Source: a virus (Duplodnaviria; Caudoviricetes). From it: a stretch of 53,196 nt of DNA. Every line of letters starts with the position of its first letter. The first letter of the stretch is position 1. The notes beneath the pieces were generated by a model. The model was not told the origin of the DNA. It saw only the letters and a list, made by a program, of their open reading frames with translations, and did not search any database. Both the position numbers and the translations under genes were made by a program. This document shows, one piece after another, positions 33,792-43,416 of this stretch. The DNA is taken from the IMG/VR virus record IMGVR_UViG_3300042558_001779, positions 1-53,196 of that record. The stretch is one strand, 5' to 3'.

Positions 33792-34340
33792 ATGACAACA
33801 GCCCCAGCGATTAAAAAGTTTGCTTCTCAGCGGAGTATTCTAGCGAAAATTTCTTTGAACTCAGGACAGACAGTTACTGGCTTAGATGCCACTTCTTTCA
33901 GTGATGCGTTTGCCCAGGTTTCTGGCGGAGAAATTACTGCTTCTGTAGAAAAAATCTATAGAGGCGGAAGCACTTTTCCTGAAACTCTTTGTGCCCCATC
34001 GGAAATTGGTGACATCACTCTTACTGATTTCTTAGAGTATGAAGAGTCCCCTGCTGCTACTGGTAGTTTTTATGCCAAGATGCAAATTCTCCGCCAATAT
34101 GTTGGTCGTATCTATTTTGATATTTCTGTCATGACTTATGACTGTGATTTGGCTGTCCCTGGCTCTGAGCGTTTGTACACGAAGGCTCTTCTTGTTGGTT
34201 TGACTGAGGCTGATGGTGATGCTTCTTCGGGTGCCCCAGCAACATTCGCACTTACTTTCAGCATTTCCACGATTTCTCCATCAGTTACAGGTGCTGGCTC
34301 AACAACTACAACAACTACAACTACAACTACAACCGCATAA
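33792..34340 (+). CDS. Tail tube protein with C-terminal poly-Thr tail
   Basis: Follows the sheath gene; FAQVSGGEI...GDITL; ends GSTTTTTTTTTTA. Confidence 0.82.
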   Translation: MTTAPAIKKFASQRSILAKISLNSGQTVTGLDATSFSDAFAQVSGGEITASVEKIYRGGSTFPETLCAPSEIGDITLTDFLEYEESPAATGSFYAKMQILRQYVGRIYFDISVMTYDCDLAVPGSERLYTKALLVGLTEADGDASSGAPATFALTFSISTISPSVTGAGSTTTTTTTTTTTA

Positions 34341-34349
34341 ATAGCAAAA

Positions 34350-34382
34350 GTTGCTAAATAGCAAGTAGTGCTGTGCTAGTGT
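34350..34382 (+). promoter_or_regulatory. Putative leaderless-mRNA promoter for the tail chaperone (GTTGC-N22-TAGTGT)
   Basis: TGTG-C-TAGTGT lies 7 nt before ATG 34390; no Shine-Dalgarno. Confidence 0.55.
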
Positions 34383-34389
34383 TTCGACC

Positions 34390-34920
34390 ATGAGCGATAC
34401 ACCTTCATCATTTACAGTCGTGTCAAACATTGACACACCATCTCCCGCACTTTCATCAATGGACAGCAACAATGTTCTGTCTCGTTTGAAGGATGTTGTA
34501 GGAAAGCGCGTTGAGCGCAAGACGGTTGAAATCAATGTTCCAGAAAGACAAGGGGTTTCAATCCTTGTTTCACCGAACATCACACAAAACCAGTTGAAAG
34601 CATGGCGTCGTAACGCTGGCGAAGACACCAAAAACGGTCTTGATACACTCAAGTTTGCATGTTCTGTTGTTGGACACACAACAAAATCAATCCTCATTGA
34701 CGGTGTAGTAGCAGTTGGCGAGAATGGTTACGAGTTGACCTTTGCTTCTCCAGAAATTCTTGAGATGACAAACACTACTCGTCCTCTTCCAGACTGTGTA
34801 CACGCGTTCTTTGGTACAGAGCCACATATCGAGGCTGCTGCTGTAGCCATCATGGAGGCCGCAGGGTACGGTGACACCGTTGATGCCGTGGACCCTACGC
34901 TGAACTCTACTACGAACTAG
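34390..34920 (+). CDS. Tail assembly chaperone (gpG-equivalent)
   Basis: Between tube and tape measure genes; ends ...VDPTLNSTTN. Confidence 0.8.
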   Translation: MSDTPSSFTVVSNIDTPSPALSSMDSNNVLSRLKDVVGKRVERKTVEINVPERQGVSILVSPNITQNQLKAWRRNAGEDTKNGLDTLKFACSVVGHTTKSILIDGVVAVGENGYELTFASPEILEMTNTTRPLPDCVHAFFGTEPHIEAAAVAIMEAAGYGDTVDAVDPTLNSTTN

Positions 34921-35084
34921 TAGAGGACACCAGAATCATCAGTGCTGCGAGGCTTGGTGAACTTTTTGGCACAGACCCAATTCAAATATTGAACTGTTCT
35001 GAAGAGGAATGGTTGATAAGGATGGCATGTGGTAAAGTTATTCAGGACGACCGTGAAGAACAGGCTAGGCAGTCTCGTCAATAA
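34893..35084 (+). CDS. -1 frameshift extension of the tail chaperone (gpGT-equivalent); not in the ORF track
   Basis: 63 open codons PYAELYYELVEDTRIISAARLGELFGTDPIQIL...QSRQ* overlapping the gpG 3' end, with no start codon near its 5' end. Confidence 0.72.
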   Translation, partial: PYAELYYELVEDTRIISAARLGELFGTDPIQILNCSEEEWLIRMACGKVIQDDREEQARQSRQ

Positions 35085-35120
35085 TTGGTCTGATTCTGCA
35101 GTGTTTTAAGGACAAGTCGT

Positions 35121-38100
35121 ATGGCTGATGTCAAAATTACAATCGACATTGATGCTGATACAGCCGCAATAGATAGGGTACGCCAAAAACTGCGTCGTCT
35201 TTGTTCGGAAGTCGAAGATTGTTCTGACACGATGGACAAGCACAGTACCAGTCTTAGGGATTTAGGAAAAGCCCAAGACGACAACGGTAAAAAAAGCACT
35301 AAGAACGGCAGTATTTTTGGCAAACTTGGCAAATCAACAAAGTCCTTAACGAAGTTACTCGGTACTTTAGCGAAATTTGGTTGGAAGTTTCTTGCCATTG
35401 AGGCTGCTTTAGCCTTGGCTGTAATTGCTTCTGCTGGACCTTTGATGAAATTAGGAAGTTTGGCCACAAAGGGCTATCAAATTGCGCTAAGCGGTCTTGG
35501 ATATGCTTTTACTGCTGCCGCAGCAGCAGCAGCAGCGTTCCTTGCAGCCCAAAGACAGTTTCAATCTGTCCAGTTTGCTCCAGCATACTTTGAAGGAGCG
35601 CTAACCACCGAAGACCGTTTTGTTGCAGCATCTGGCGCAATGAAAATGTTTGTTGACAATGCAGACCTTGCTGTTATTGGAACAAAAGGTCTTAGTGCTG
35701 CTTTTAAAACACTTTCTGACCAGCAGCCTGTCACGGGTGAAACAGTGGCGGTTTATCGCGAACTAAGCAACTACACCGCAGGTATGGGTGGAGACATGGA
35801 AAAAGGTTCGCAAGCAATGGCGAAATTCCTTGCCCAGTTCCAAAAAGACAAGACCATGACAGCAGCGGTTAAAGAGGCTGGAAAAGAACTTGGACCAGGA
35901 TTTGCAAAGATTCTTAAAGAAGCAAACGCGCTTGGTTTAACAACATATGACAAATTTACCAAGGGTGCAATGTCTGGTGAACTTGGAGAAACATTTAAGA
36001 AATACGCGGGTCAACTTGATGCCGTAAACAACACTCTTATCGGAAGATTTAAACAGGCATTTGCTGGAATCAAGGCAACATTTATGGAAATGGGTGAGCC
36101 GCTTCTCGGTCCTATTTCTGAACAAATTCCACGAATTGCAAATATTATTGATGCGCTTCTTTTTAGAATTCGCGGAAGTGTAGTTGCTATTGGTAGCGGA
36201 AGTTTGCTTACTGGTCTTGTAAATGCTTTTGAGAAGGCAGCGATATTTATTGGAAATGTGGCTACCAACACTGGCGAGGCTGGAAAAATCATTGATGGAA
36301 TGAAAAAATCGTGGAATTTCATTCGAGATGCTTTTGAAAAAATACAGGATTATCTGCGTCCGTTGGTTGCTGCTTCCGAGGTTCTTGGTCGTATCGCTAT
36401 GGAATTGTTTAAAATTTTTGGCGGCGGTCTAGATAATAAGATTAAAGATTTCAGCACAATGTTGGTTGATAACGAACAAAAGTTCCAGGATTTTTTCAAA
36501 GGTTTGGGCGACCTTGTTGTCGGGTTTGGAAAATTTGGCGCTGTTGTTACAGATTTGTTTATTGAATTGTTGCCTGGTCTAGGGAAGACGCTTAGCCTTC
36601 TCGGGGATTTGTACGAGATGTTGGCAAAAATCATTTCACCGCTTAAATTTATATTTAAAATGATTATGGGTGTAGCAAAGGCTATCGACTTTGTTTTAAA
36701 TCCTATTTTGACTGTCGTTGAAAAAATGACTTTTGGGGTTGTTGCTTTCAAAGATGTTATTCAGGGTTTGACTGCTGCCGTTCTGGCTTTTGCTGCTGCA
36801 ATGCTTGTATCTAGTAAGGCGCGAGGCGCAGGGAAGAAATTGTTTTCTAATATGGCCGATGAGGCTATGGATGGTGGCGGCGGTAAAAAGGGAGGATTTA
36901 AAAAGGCAGGAAAATTTCTTGGCAAAGGAACTAAGGGTCTCGGCAAAGGGATAATGAGTTTCGGCAGGGGTCTTGGAAATGTTGGAACAAAGTTTGCAGG
37001 GAAGATTGGAATGGGCGGCGGAGGCGGAGGTCTCGGAGTTGGCGGTACGGGTGCTGCTGCTGCATTAGCACCACTTGCCATTGCTGCTGGTTCTGCATAC
37101 GCTGGTTCTAAGGTTGGAGGGTTTGCTAGCGACAAGTTATTCAATGATGACAGTGTTTTAAGTAAAACTGGTGGTGCGGCGGTCGGTGCAGTTTCTGGCG
37201 GTGCAACTGGAGCAATGATTGGTGCTGGAATTGGTTCTGTTTTTGGTGGCGTGGGCGCTGTTCCTGGTGCTGTTATTGGTGCTGCAGTTGGGGCAATCTT
37301 TGGTGGTATTAGCGGATGGATTAAGGCTGGTAAAGAAAAGAAAGAAGCCCGCAAAGCCGCCGACTCTATACTTAAAAATTATGGCGAGGGCATGGACAAG
37401 GCCATTGAAAATGGTGACATACAAGCACTTTTGGGTTCTAGAACAAAAGCAATGAAAGAACTAGAAGGTCTTGCTGGCTCTAACAAGTACGGTTCTAAAG
37501 AAGTCAAAAAGCGTCGTCAGGAAATTGAAAAACTTAACAAACAAGTTGATACCTATGTAGGAAATGCTGGAAATTTCAAACAGTTCGGCGGCATGGACGC
37601 TGATGGAATGAATAAAATGTTGTCGGAGCAGGGCATAGCAGCCGACGCAGCAAAAAATGAAATCTTAAATGTTTTTAAGATTATGCGTGAAGGTGGAATA
37701 GATGTTGGTCAAGCATGGGATACGACGATGGGGGAAATCAACCAGAAGATGCTTGAACTCAGGCTTGCCATGTTTCAACCCGTACAAAGTGAACTTACGG
37801 GTCTTATGGATGCTGTTGATGCCGCGCAGCAACAGGCGCTTGCAGAAAACGGAAGCGAAAAATCTGTTACCAAGTTCTTGGAGACAGCATACGAATTTGC
37901 TCTTGGACAGGCTGGTGGCGACGCTATTAAGGCAACAGCGATTATGCAAAAGACGCTCAATACCGCATATGGTCCTAATGGTGCTTTAAATAAAATTGCT
38001 GGAAAAGTTCAAGAACAAACAACTGCACTGAACTTGTTTGACCCTCAAACTCTTATTGACCAAATGAATCAAACTGGTCAACTTCAAACAGCAGGAAACG

Positions 38101-38534
38101 CTCTTGAATCAATGACTGGTGGACAGATGGGGTCTTCTGGTGAACTTCAAATGTTGATTCAAGAAAGAGTTATGAATGCTGGTGAGGGCGGCGCTGCGGA
38201 AATGGACAAAATTAACACTCTTTTGAGGGCTTCCGCAACAGGTGAAATTAGCGCCGACAGAGTTGCAATGATGCTTGCTGACAAGACTGGAACATTAACT
38301 CCAGATATTATGATTGGCCGTCTAAATCATATGCGCGCAAAGAACGCAGAAGCAGAGGCAGAAGGACGAGAAGCGCCTTTTAAGCCTGTAAATACACAAA
38401 CAATTGATGTTGGCGGTGTCAGTATTCAACTTTCTGGTTTCATTAATGATGACAAAACAGCCAAGAGGATTGCAAAAATGATTTCTGAAGAAGTTGCAGC
38501 ACAAACAGCAAGAAGAAATGGAACTGGTTCCTAA
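35121..38534 (+). CDS. Tape measure protein
   Basis: 1137 aa helical, Ala/Gly-rich, with hydrophobic and glycine-zipper segments; canonical position. Confidence 0.9.
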   Translation: MADVKITIDIDADTAAIDRVRQKLRRLCSEVEDCSDTMDKHSTSLRDLGKAQDDNGKKSTKNGSIFGKLGKSTKSLTKLLGTLAKFGWKFLAIEAALALAVIASAGPLMKLGSLATKGYQIALSGLGYAFTAAAAAAAAFLAAQRQFQSVQFAPAYFEGALTTEDRFVAASGAMKMFVDNADLAVIGTKGLSAAFKTLSDQQPVTGETVAVYRELSNYTAGMGGDMEKGSQAMAKFLAQFQKDKTMTAAVKEAGKELGPGFAKILKEANALGLTTYDKFTKGAMSGELGETFKKYAGQLDAVNNTLIGRFKQAFAGIKATFMEMGEPLLGPISEQIPRIANIIDALLFRIRGSVVAIGSGSLLTGLVNAFEKAAIFIGNVATNTGEAGKIIDGMKKSWNFIRDAFEKIQDYLRPLVAASEVLGRIAMELFKIFGGGLDNKIKDFSTMLVDNEQKFQDFFKGLGDLVVGFGKFGAVVTDLFIELLPGLGKTLSLLGDLYEMLAKIISPLKFIFKMIMGVAKAIDFVLNPILTVVEKMTFGVVAFKDVIQGLTAAVLAFAAAMLVSSKARGAGKKLFSNMADEAMDGGGGKKGGFKKAGKFLGKGTKGLGKGIMSFGRGLGNVGTKFAGKIGMGGGGGGLGVGGTGAAAALAPLAIAAGSAYAGSKVGGFASDKLFNDDSVLSKTGGAAVGAVSGGATGAMIGAGIGSVFGGVGAVPGAVIGAAVGAIFGGISGWIKAGKEKKEARKAADSILKNYGEGMDKAIENGDIQALLGSRTKAMKELEGLAGSNKYGSKEVKKRRQEIEKLNKQVDTYVGNAGNFKQFGGMDADGMNKMLSEQGIAADAAKNEILNVFKIMREGGIDVGQAWDTTMGEINQKMLELRLAMFQPVQSELTGLMDAVDAAQQQALAENGSEKSVTKFLETAYEFALGQAGGDAIKATAIMQKTLNTAYGPNGALNKIAGKVQEQTTALNLFDPQTLIDQMNQTGQLQTAGNALESMTGGQMGSSGELQMLIQERVMNAGEGGAAEMDKINTLLRASATGEISADRVAMMLADKTGTLTPDIMIGRLNHMRAKNAEAEAEGREAPFKPVNTQTIDVGGVSIQLSGFINDDKTAKRIAKMISEEVAAQTARRNGTGS

Positions 38535-39331
38535 TGCCAACTCAAGACAACAGAGAAATACTTAGATATAGAGGAATAGCGACACCTTCGACAACATTAG
38601 AAGCAACTCGCACTGCAGCGTTGGGAAGACTTGTCTTAAATGCTGAGGCTCTTAGTTCAAATATTAACGCAGAGTATATTACAACAACAAATCCTAACGG
38701 TGTAGTTGCTGTTAACAGTAATCCTTATATGAGACTTCTCCCGAATGTTGCGACCGACACAACATACGATTTTTATTTTCCGTTTGCTCCGCAGAGCATT
38801 TCTTACACTGATTTGTCTGATGAAGTTTCCGAAATCCCTCGTGCTGGAACAACGCCACTGGTTGTATTTACATCTCATAAATTATTGAAGATAAGTTTTG
38901 AATTTCTTCTTGCTGTTCCTTATGACGGAATGCAACTTAATATTGAATCAAGTATTGATTTGCTGCGTATTTTTTCGACATCTTCACATAGAAACATAAT
39001 TTTTTTCAATATGGATTCGACGATGACTTCTGCATGGCAATACCGTAGAGGACCGCTTGCTTCTACTCTTTATTTCACTATTACGGATATGACTTTTGAT
39101 GCTCGTATGAGAAATTCTTTTGGAAGAATTACGCAGGCTGTTGTCAATATGAGTCTTATTGAAAACCAGAACCCCACGATGACTGTTGTAAGGGTTCCTC
39201 CTTTTGAAAAAAAACCAAAACCTAAGCGTGGTGGCGGTCCTGGCACAAGCACGAATACAGAAAGAGCGCCTTCATTCGCTCAAACAGGTAGAGATGTTGT
39301 AGAAGCAACACCATCATTTAGGCTCCGATGA
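38534..39331 (+). CDS. Baseplate/tail tube initiator protein
   Basis: FPFAP..ISY......EIPRAG; ITQAVVNMSLIE; follows the tape measure gene. Confidence 0.65.
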   Translation: MPTQDNREILRYRGIATPSTTLEATRTAALGRLVLNAEALSSNINAEYITTTNPNGVVAVNSNPYMRLLPNVATDTTYDFYFPFAPQSISYTDLSDEVSEIPRAGTTPLVVFTSHKLLKISFEFLLAVPYDGMQLNIESSIDLLRIFSTSSHRNIIFFNMDSTMTSAWQYRRGPLASTLYFTITDMTFDARMRNSFGRITQAVVNMSLIENQNPTMTVVRVPPFEKKPKPKRGGGPGTSTNTERAPSFAQTGRDVVEATPSFRLR

Positions 39332-40341
39332 GCGCTATACAGCCTGCTTTTCGTCCACAATTACTCCTTTCTTCAACAGATGGAGTAGTTCGAGACATTG
39401 GCGAAACCATTATTTCTACAAGCCTTAACTACACTATGGATGCGGGGGTTGAACTTAGGGTAGAGATTGTCGATGAATCGATGTCAATGTTAAAGGCTGG
39501 ATATTTTAGGCTTGGACAAAGATATGATTTTGTTCAATACAACAACCCGTCGGAAATTTTTGTGGGTTTAGGTTATGCTTCAGAAAGTTTTACGCTTGTG
39601 TCTCTTGATGTAAAACAGGGAAATGGCGAGATGGCTAATATTGCTTTGTCTTTTCAGGACACTAATTTTAGTGATTTAAAAAGAGATTTTAAACCGCAGG
39701 CGTATCGTGCTGCAAATGGATTTTCATACGCGCGCAATGTTGCAAAAAAATATAAGTTGAATTTTATTGGTGAAGAATTAAAAGGAAAACAAGAAACCAT
39801 CAAGGTAAAGGTAAGAAGAAACACTGAGTCGGTATGGTCCATTTTGCAAAAAAGTGCATCGGATAATCAGTTCCTTTGTTTTATAAGTAACGGAACTTTA
39901 TATTTTGCATCTCCAAAGTATTTGATTGGTAGATGGGGAATTGATGTGGTGAACTTTACCCCTGATGGGGAGAAAAAAGAACGCGCTTTTAGGTATATTC
40001 CCTTACAGTACCCTACTCCCGATAATGAGACACGATATTTTTTGACGGAATTGCCTCAGTTAAGAAAGTCTCTTGATTCGCCTAAGGTTGCCGAAGGAAG
40101 CGCAACTATTTTTGGTGGTTCTTCTCGCTATTTGCGCGCTGGAATGACAGCGATGTTGTACGGAGTCAACTTTCAATTTGATAATGCTTATCTTATTACA
40201 TCTGTTGACTATCAGGTGGATTCCAATGAACCCACCCAGATTACATTTGCCAACATCAGTAGCCTCGCGCCTGCAGATAAAGCAAGAGTTGATAAAAAAA
40301 TTGCCGAAGTTACGGTTATTTCAGGGACTGGTACATCATGA
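39328..40341 (+). CDS. Baseplate hub protein (T4 gp27/P2 gpD-like)
   Basis: ESVWSILQK.A......FISNGTLYF; LRAG...YLITSV. Confidence 0.75.
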   Translation: MSAIQPAFRPQLLLSSTDGVVRDIGETIISTSLNYTMDAGVELRVEIVDESMSMLKAGYFRLGQRYDFVQYNNPSEIFVGLGYASESFTLVSLDVKQGNGEMANIALSFQDTNFSDLKRDFKPQAYRAANGFSYARNVAKKYKLNFIGEELKGKQETIKVKVRRNTESVWSILQKSASDNQFLCFISNGTLYFASPKYLIGRWGIDVVNFTPDGEKKERAFRYIPLQYPTPDNETRYFLTELPQLRKSLDSPKVAEGSATIFGGSSRYLRAGMTAMLYGVNFQFDNAYLITSVDYQVDSNEPTQITFANISSLAPADKARVDKKIAEVTVISGTGTS

Positions 40342-40631
40342 TGCTTGGCGGAGTTTACGACCCGTTTTCCAATATTGCTGGAAGCGAAGATATTGAAGAT
40401 GTTGTTTCCCCTGGTGTCCATGTTGGGATTGTAAAAAGATACATTAGTTCGACTCATTCGTGCATGGTGCTTATCCCATCTGTTAACGATACTGACTCAA
40501 TTGGCCCAGTAAGAATTATGAAGCCGTTGCAGGGGGGGACAGTCTCTGCTCCTGCCATCAACTCAAAAGTTGTTGTTGGTTTTCTTGATGGAAAATTCAA
40601 CAATGCTATTATTTTGGGCTATCTTGCATAG
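40338..40631 (+). CDS. Baseplate spike OB-fold protein (gp5/gpV-like, short)
   Basis: GVHVGIV...VLIPSV...GP...P.INSKVVVGFLDG....IILG. Confidence 0.72.
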   Translation: MMLGGVYDPFSNIAGSEDIEDVVSPGVHVGIVKRYISSTHSCMVLIPSVNDTDSIGPVRIMKPLQGGTVSAPAINSKVVVGFLDGKFNNAIILGYLA

Positions 40632-40651
40632 TTATATGGGAGAATAGAGCA

Positions 40652-40945
40652 GTGAATACCCTTTCTGTCCCTTTTAGATTTACGAATACTGGCTCTGTTG
40701 CGCAACACGCAGAAGGGTCTAGTTCCTATTACACTCATATTTTGTCAAATGTTCTTCAAACAGAACCTGGCGAATTAGCATTAGACGCATCTTTCGGTAC
40801 AGAAGACCCAACATTTGAAGCAATCAACCGTGCAACGCTCGTTGAGATGGCAGCAAAATATGTTCAAGAAATTAGAATTGATAACATTTCTACTTTTATC
40901 AACGATAACGGCAATGAACAAATTATCATTTCGTTTCAACTATAG
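40652..40945 (+). CDS. gp25/gpW-like baseplate wedge protein
   Basis: LSVPFRF...LQTEPGEL.LD.SFG. Confidence 0.8.
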   Translation: MNTLSVPFRFTNTGSVAQHAEGSSSYYTHILSNVLQTEPGELALDASFGTEDPTFEAINRATLVEMAAKYVQEIRIDNISTFINDNGNEQIIISFQL

Positions 40946-40953
40946 GAGACAAA

Positions 40954-42126
40954 ATGGCTTCCCCAGATTTTAGCAACTATGTAGACCTCACGGTCTACGA
41001 CCTTGACCCATTTCAGGTATACGACGATGCTATTACCTATGCTCGCACGACCCTTCCAGACTTTTCTCCACGAACAGGAACACTAGAAGACGCCATCATT
41101 CAGGCTATTGCATATAACACTGGATTGATATCTTCACAAATAAACCGCCTGCCAGATGGATTAATGGAAGGAATTGCTCGGCTTTCTGGGTTAATTAGAA
41201 GAGAAGCGACATTTTCTTCAGGAACAGTGGAAATTGAAGTTTTTGACAACAACGGCGTAACAATTCCTGCTGGCACAGTTGTGCAGTACGAAACAGTCAC
41301 TGACGATATTGTTGTTTCTTTCCCGTTTGAAACAGTCACAGACCTTGTTATTGCAGAGGGAGGAACAACAGGTTCCGTCGCAATCAAAGGTTTGTTCGCT
41401 GGAATTTATCCAGCACTTCTGAGTGGGCAATCATTAACGCTTGTTTCACCAGCACCTGCTGTCATCTCAATTGAGTTAACCTCTGTTCTTTCTGTTGGTA
41501 CAGACCCAGAAACAGATGTTCAGTATTTTGACCGAGCAGCGCAGCATTTTGCTTCGCTGTCTTCTGTTTTGACAACTAAATCTCAAATGGCTAACTACAT
41601 AAAATCGGTATATCCTAATGTTCCGTATTTTGGAGTCTTCGACCTGACGCAAAACACTGGAGGGGTGCTTTGGTCTGCCAGCGCCGCCCCTGGGTATGTC
41701 ACGGTAGTTGCAGCAACAGCAACTGGCGCTTCTCTCCCGACGGTGGACTCTGATGCATTGTTGGCAGATTTGCAGTCAAAGTGTGTTGCTGGATTAACAG
41801 TCGCCGTCACCGATGTAGACCCAGTAAATATTAGCGTTGCATGCAGTATTGCAATTCTCACTGGATTTACATCCTTGGAAGTAAGGCTTGCAGTTGATGA
41901 ATATTTAACAACAAAACTTTCATATGCGGGATACGACTTTTCTGGGACCATCCTTAAAAACGAACTCATTTCTGGGGTTGCAAATATCTCTGGTGTTAAA
42001 TATGTAAGCGACATCTCTTTTACTTGTTCTGATGCTGATTACTCATACAACTCTGTAACAAGTGTTATTTCATTTGCGTCTAAAAAGAATGTTCCCAATG
42101 CTGACACAACAGTGACGGTAGTTTAA
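40954..42126 (+). CDS. Baseplate J-like wedge protein
   Basis: TIPAGT, G.DPETD..Y, PGYVTVV, ISGVKYV. Confidence 0.88.
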   Translation: MASPDFSNYVDLTVYDLDPFQVYDDAITYARTTLPDFSPRTGTLEDAIIQAIAYNTGLISSQINRLPDGLMEGIARLSGLIRREATFSSGTVEIEVFDNNGVTIPAGTVVQYETVTDDIVVSFPFETVTDLVIAEGGTTGSVAIKGLFAGIYPALLSGQSLTLVSPAPAVISIELTSVLSVGTDPETDVQYFDRAAQHFASLSSVLTTKSQMANYIKSVYPNVPYFGVFDLTQNTGGVLWSASAAPGYVTVVAATATGASLPTVDSDALLADLQSKCVAGLTVAVTDVDPVNISVACSIAILTGFTSLEVRLAVDEYLTTKLSYAGYDFSGTILKNELISGVANISGVKYVSDISFTCSDADYSYNSVTSVISFASKKNVPNADTTVTVV

Positions 42127-43374
42127 ATGGCAGGATATGTTTTAAATAGAATCCCATTGCTTGGGAGGACATTTTTCGAGGGAGTTTCTTCGTTGTGGAC
42201 TTCGACTGGGACAACGCTTGAAAAATCTGCTGTTGTTTCTCGTTTTGAGAATGCAGGTTCGCTTGTTGCTCAAGTATCAGACAATGATGTTATTTACTTT
42301 AATAAAAACAGTTCAACCAACCTGGCTGTAAGTAACTTGATAAGCAGTAACCCAGCAACAGAAGTGGGGGACTCTTTTGCTGTTGGCTTCTGGATTAAAT
42401 CAGACTCTGCATTGGCTTTTGATTTTACTGTTGAATTGTTGCTGCCGAATCAAAACGGTATTACTTTGCCAAAACAGAAAAAAACAGAAAACACAAGTAT
42501 TACTTCTGGGGAATGGTCGTTCATTCAACTTGAAGAACGGGTTGTAGTTCCCGACGATGAGTATGCATATCCGATTTCTTTTAACATCAAAATTACAGAT
42601 GTTATAGATTCGGCAACGGCAAACATAAACATTTCTCACCCGCTGATTACTGCCAGTCTTGACTTTGTTAACAATCCAATGCTTTTAGATGCTTATCGAA
42701 AAATTCCTGAGTTTTATCGAAATTTTGATTCTTTAGGCACAGAAGCGCCATACCCGTGGAGTCTCGCTCGTTTTCTTGAGATGTGTATGATTCACCAAGG
42801 GGAAATGAGGCAAGTTCTTGAAGATACAATTTATGCGGACATCTCAGAGGGTAAAAACTCTGCAGATGTAACGACATTAAGCACCCTTGTAGACCCAATT
42901 GTCGCTCCACGAAAAAACATATTTTGGTTGGCTCAGTTTTCTGGAACAAAAATAGTTAACCCAACTACGGGGGTGACTCCTTGGAATAACCTTCCAGTGA
43001 CATGGCAAGGAATCGACGACCTCGATGGAATTGATGTACCTGACGACGACATTGCTCCCTGGGATGTCGTTCAAGACTCAGACCCTGAACCTGCTGGATT
43101 GGATGAGTTTCTCCGCTGGCAAGTCCAGTACGGTTATTACGGCATAAATGCTGGCTCAAAAGAAGCGATTATTCAGTCAGTAAAGCGTGTCTTAACAGAA
43201 ACAAAAGAAGTTACATACACCACTCCAAGCGCATGGAATATTTTGGTTAAAACCAAAAAGACGGAAACCCCAGATTCTTCATTGCTTTCCCTCGGAGACC
43301 CAGTTCTTGAAATTCTTGAATTGATGGAATATACCCGTCCACTTGGGTGTGTTATTACCCATGAACTTATCTAA
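42127..43374 (+). CDS. Baseplate wedge protein (P2 gpI-like) with N-terminal beta-sandwich domain
   Basis: IPEFYR..D, VDP..AP....WLAQFSG, GSKEAI...VKRVL, RPLGCVITH. Confidence 0.72.
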   Translation: MAGYVLNRIPLLGRTFFEGVSSLWTSTGTTLEKSAVVSRFENAGSLVAQVSDNDVIYFNKNSSTNLAVSNLISSNPATEVGDSFAVGFWIKSDSALAFDFTVELLLPNQNGITLPKQKKTENTSITSGEWSFIQLEERVVVPDDEYAYPISFNIKITDVIDSATANINISHPLITASLDFVNNPMLLDAYRKIPEFYRNFDSLGTEAPYPWSLARFLEMCMIHQGEMRQVLEDTIYADISEGKNSADVTTLSTLVDPIVAPRKNIFWLAQFSGTKIVNPTTGVTPWNNLPVTWQGIDDLDGIDVPDDDIAPWDVVQDSDPEPAGLDEFLRWQVQYGYYGINAGSKEAIIQSVKRVLTETKEVTYTTPSAWNILVKTKKTETPDSSLLSLGDPVLEILELMEYTRPLGCVITHELI

Positions 43375-43416
43375 CATGAAATTGTTTGATACAATTGCTT
43401 AGTCGCGAGGTTAATT

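Noticed and set aside
32295-43374. Extracellular contractile injection system or tailocin
   Set aside because: Capsid, portal, protease, terminase and replication genes are present, so this is a phage tail module.
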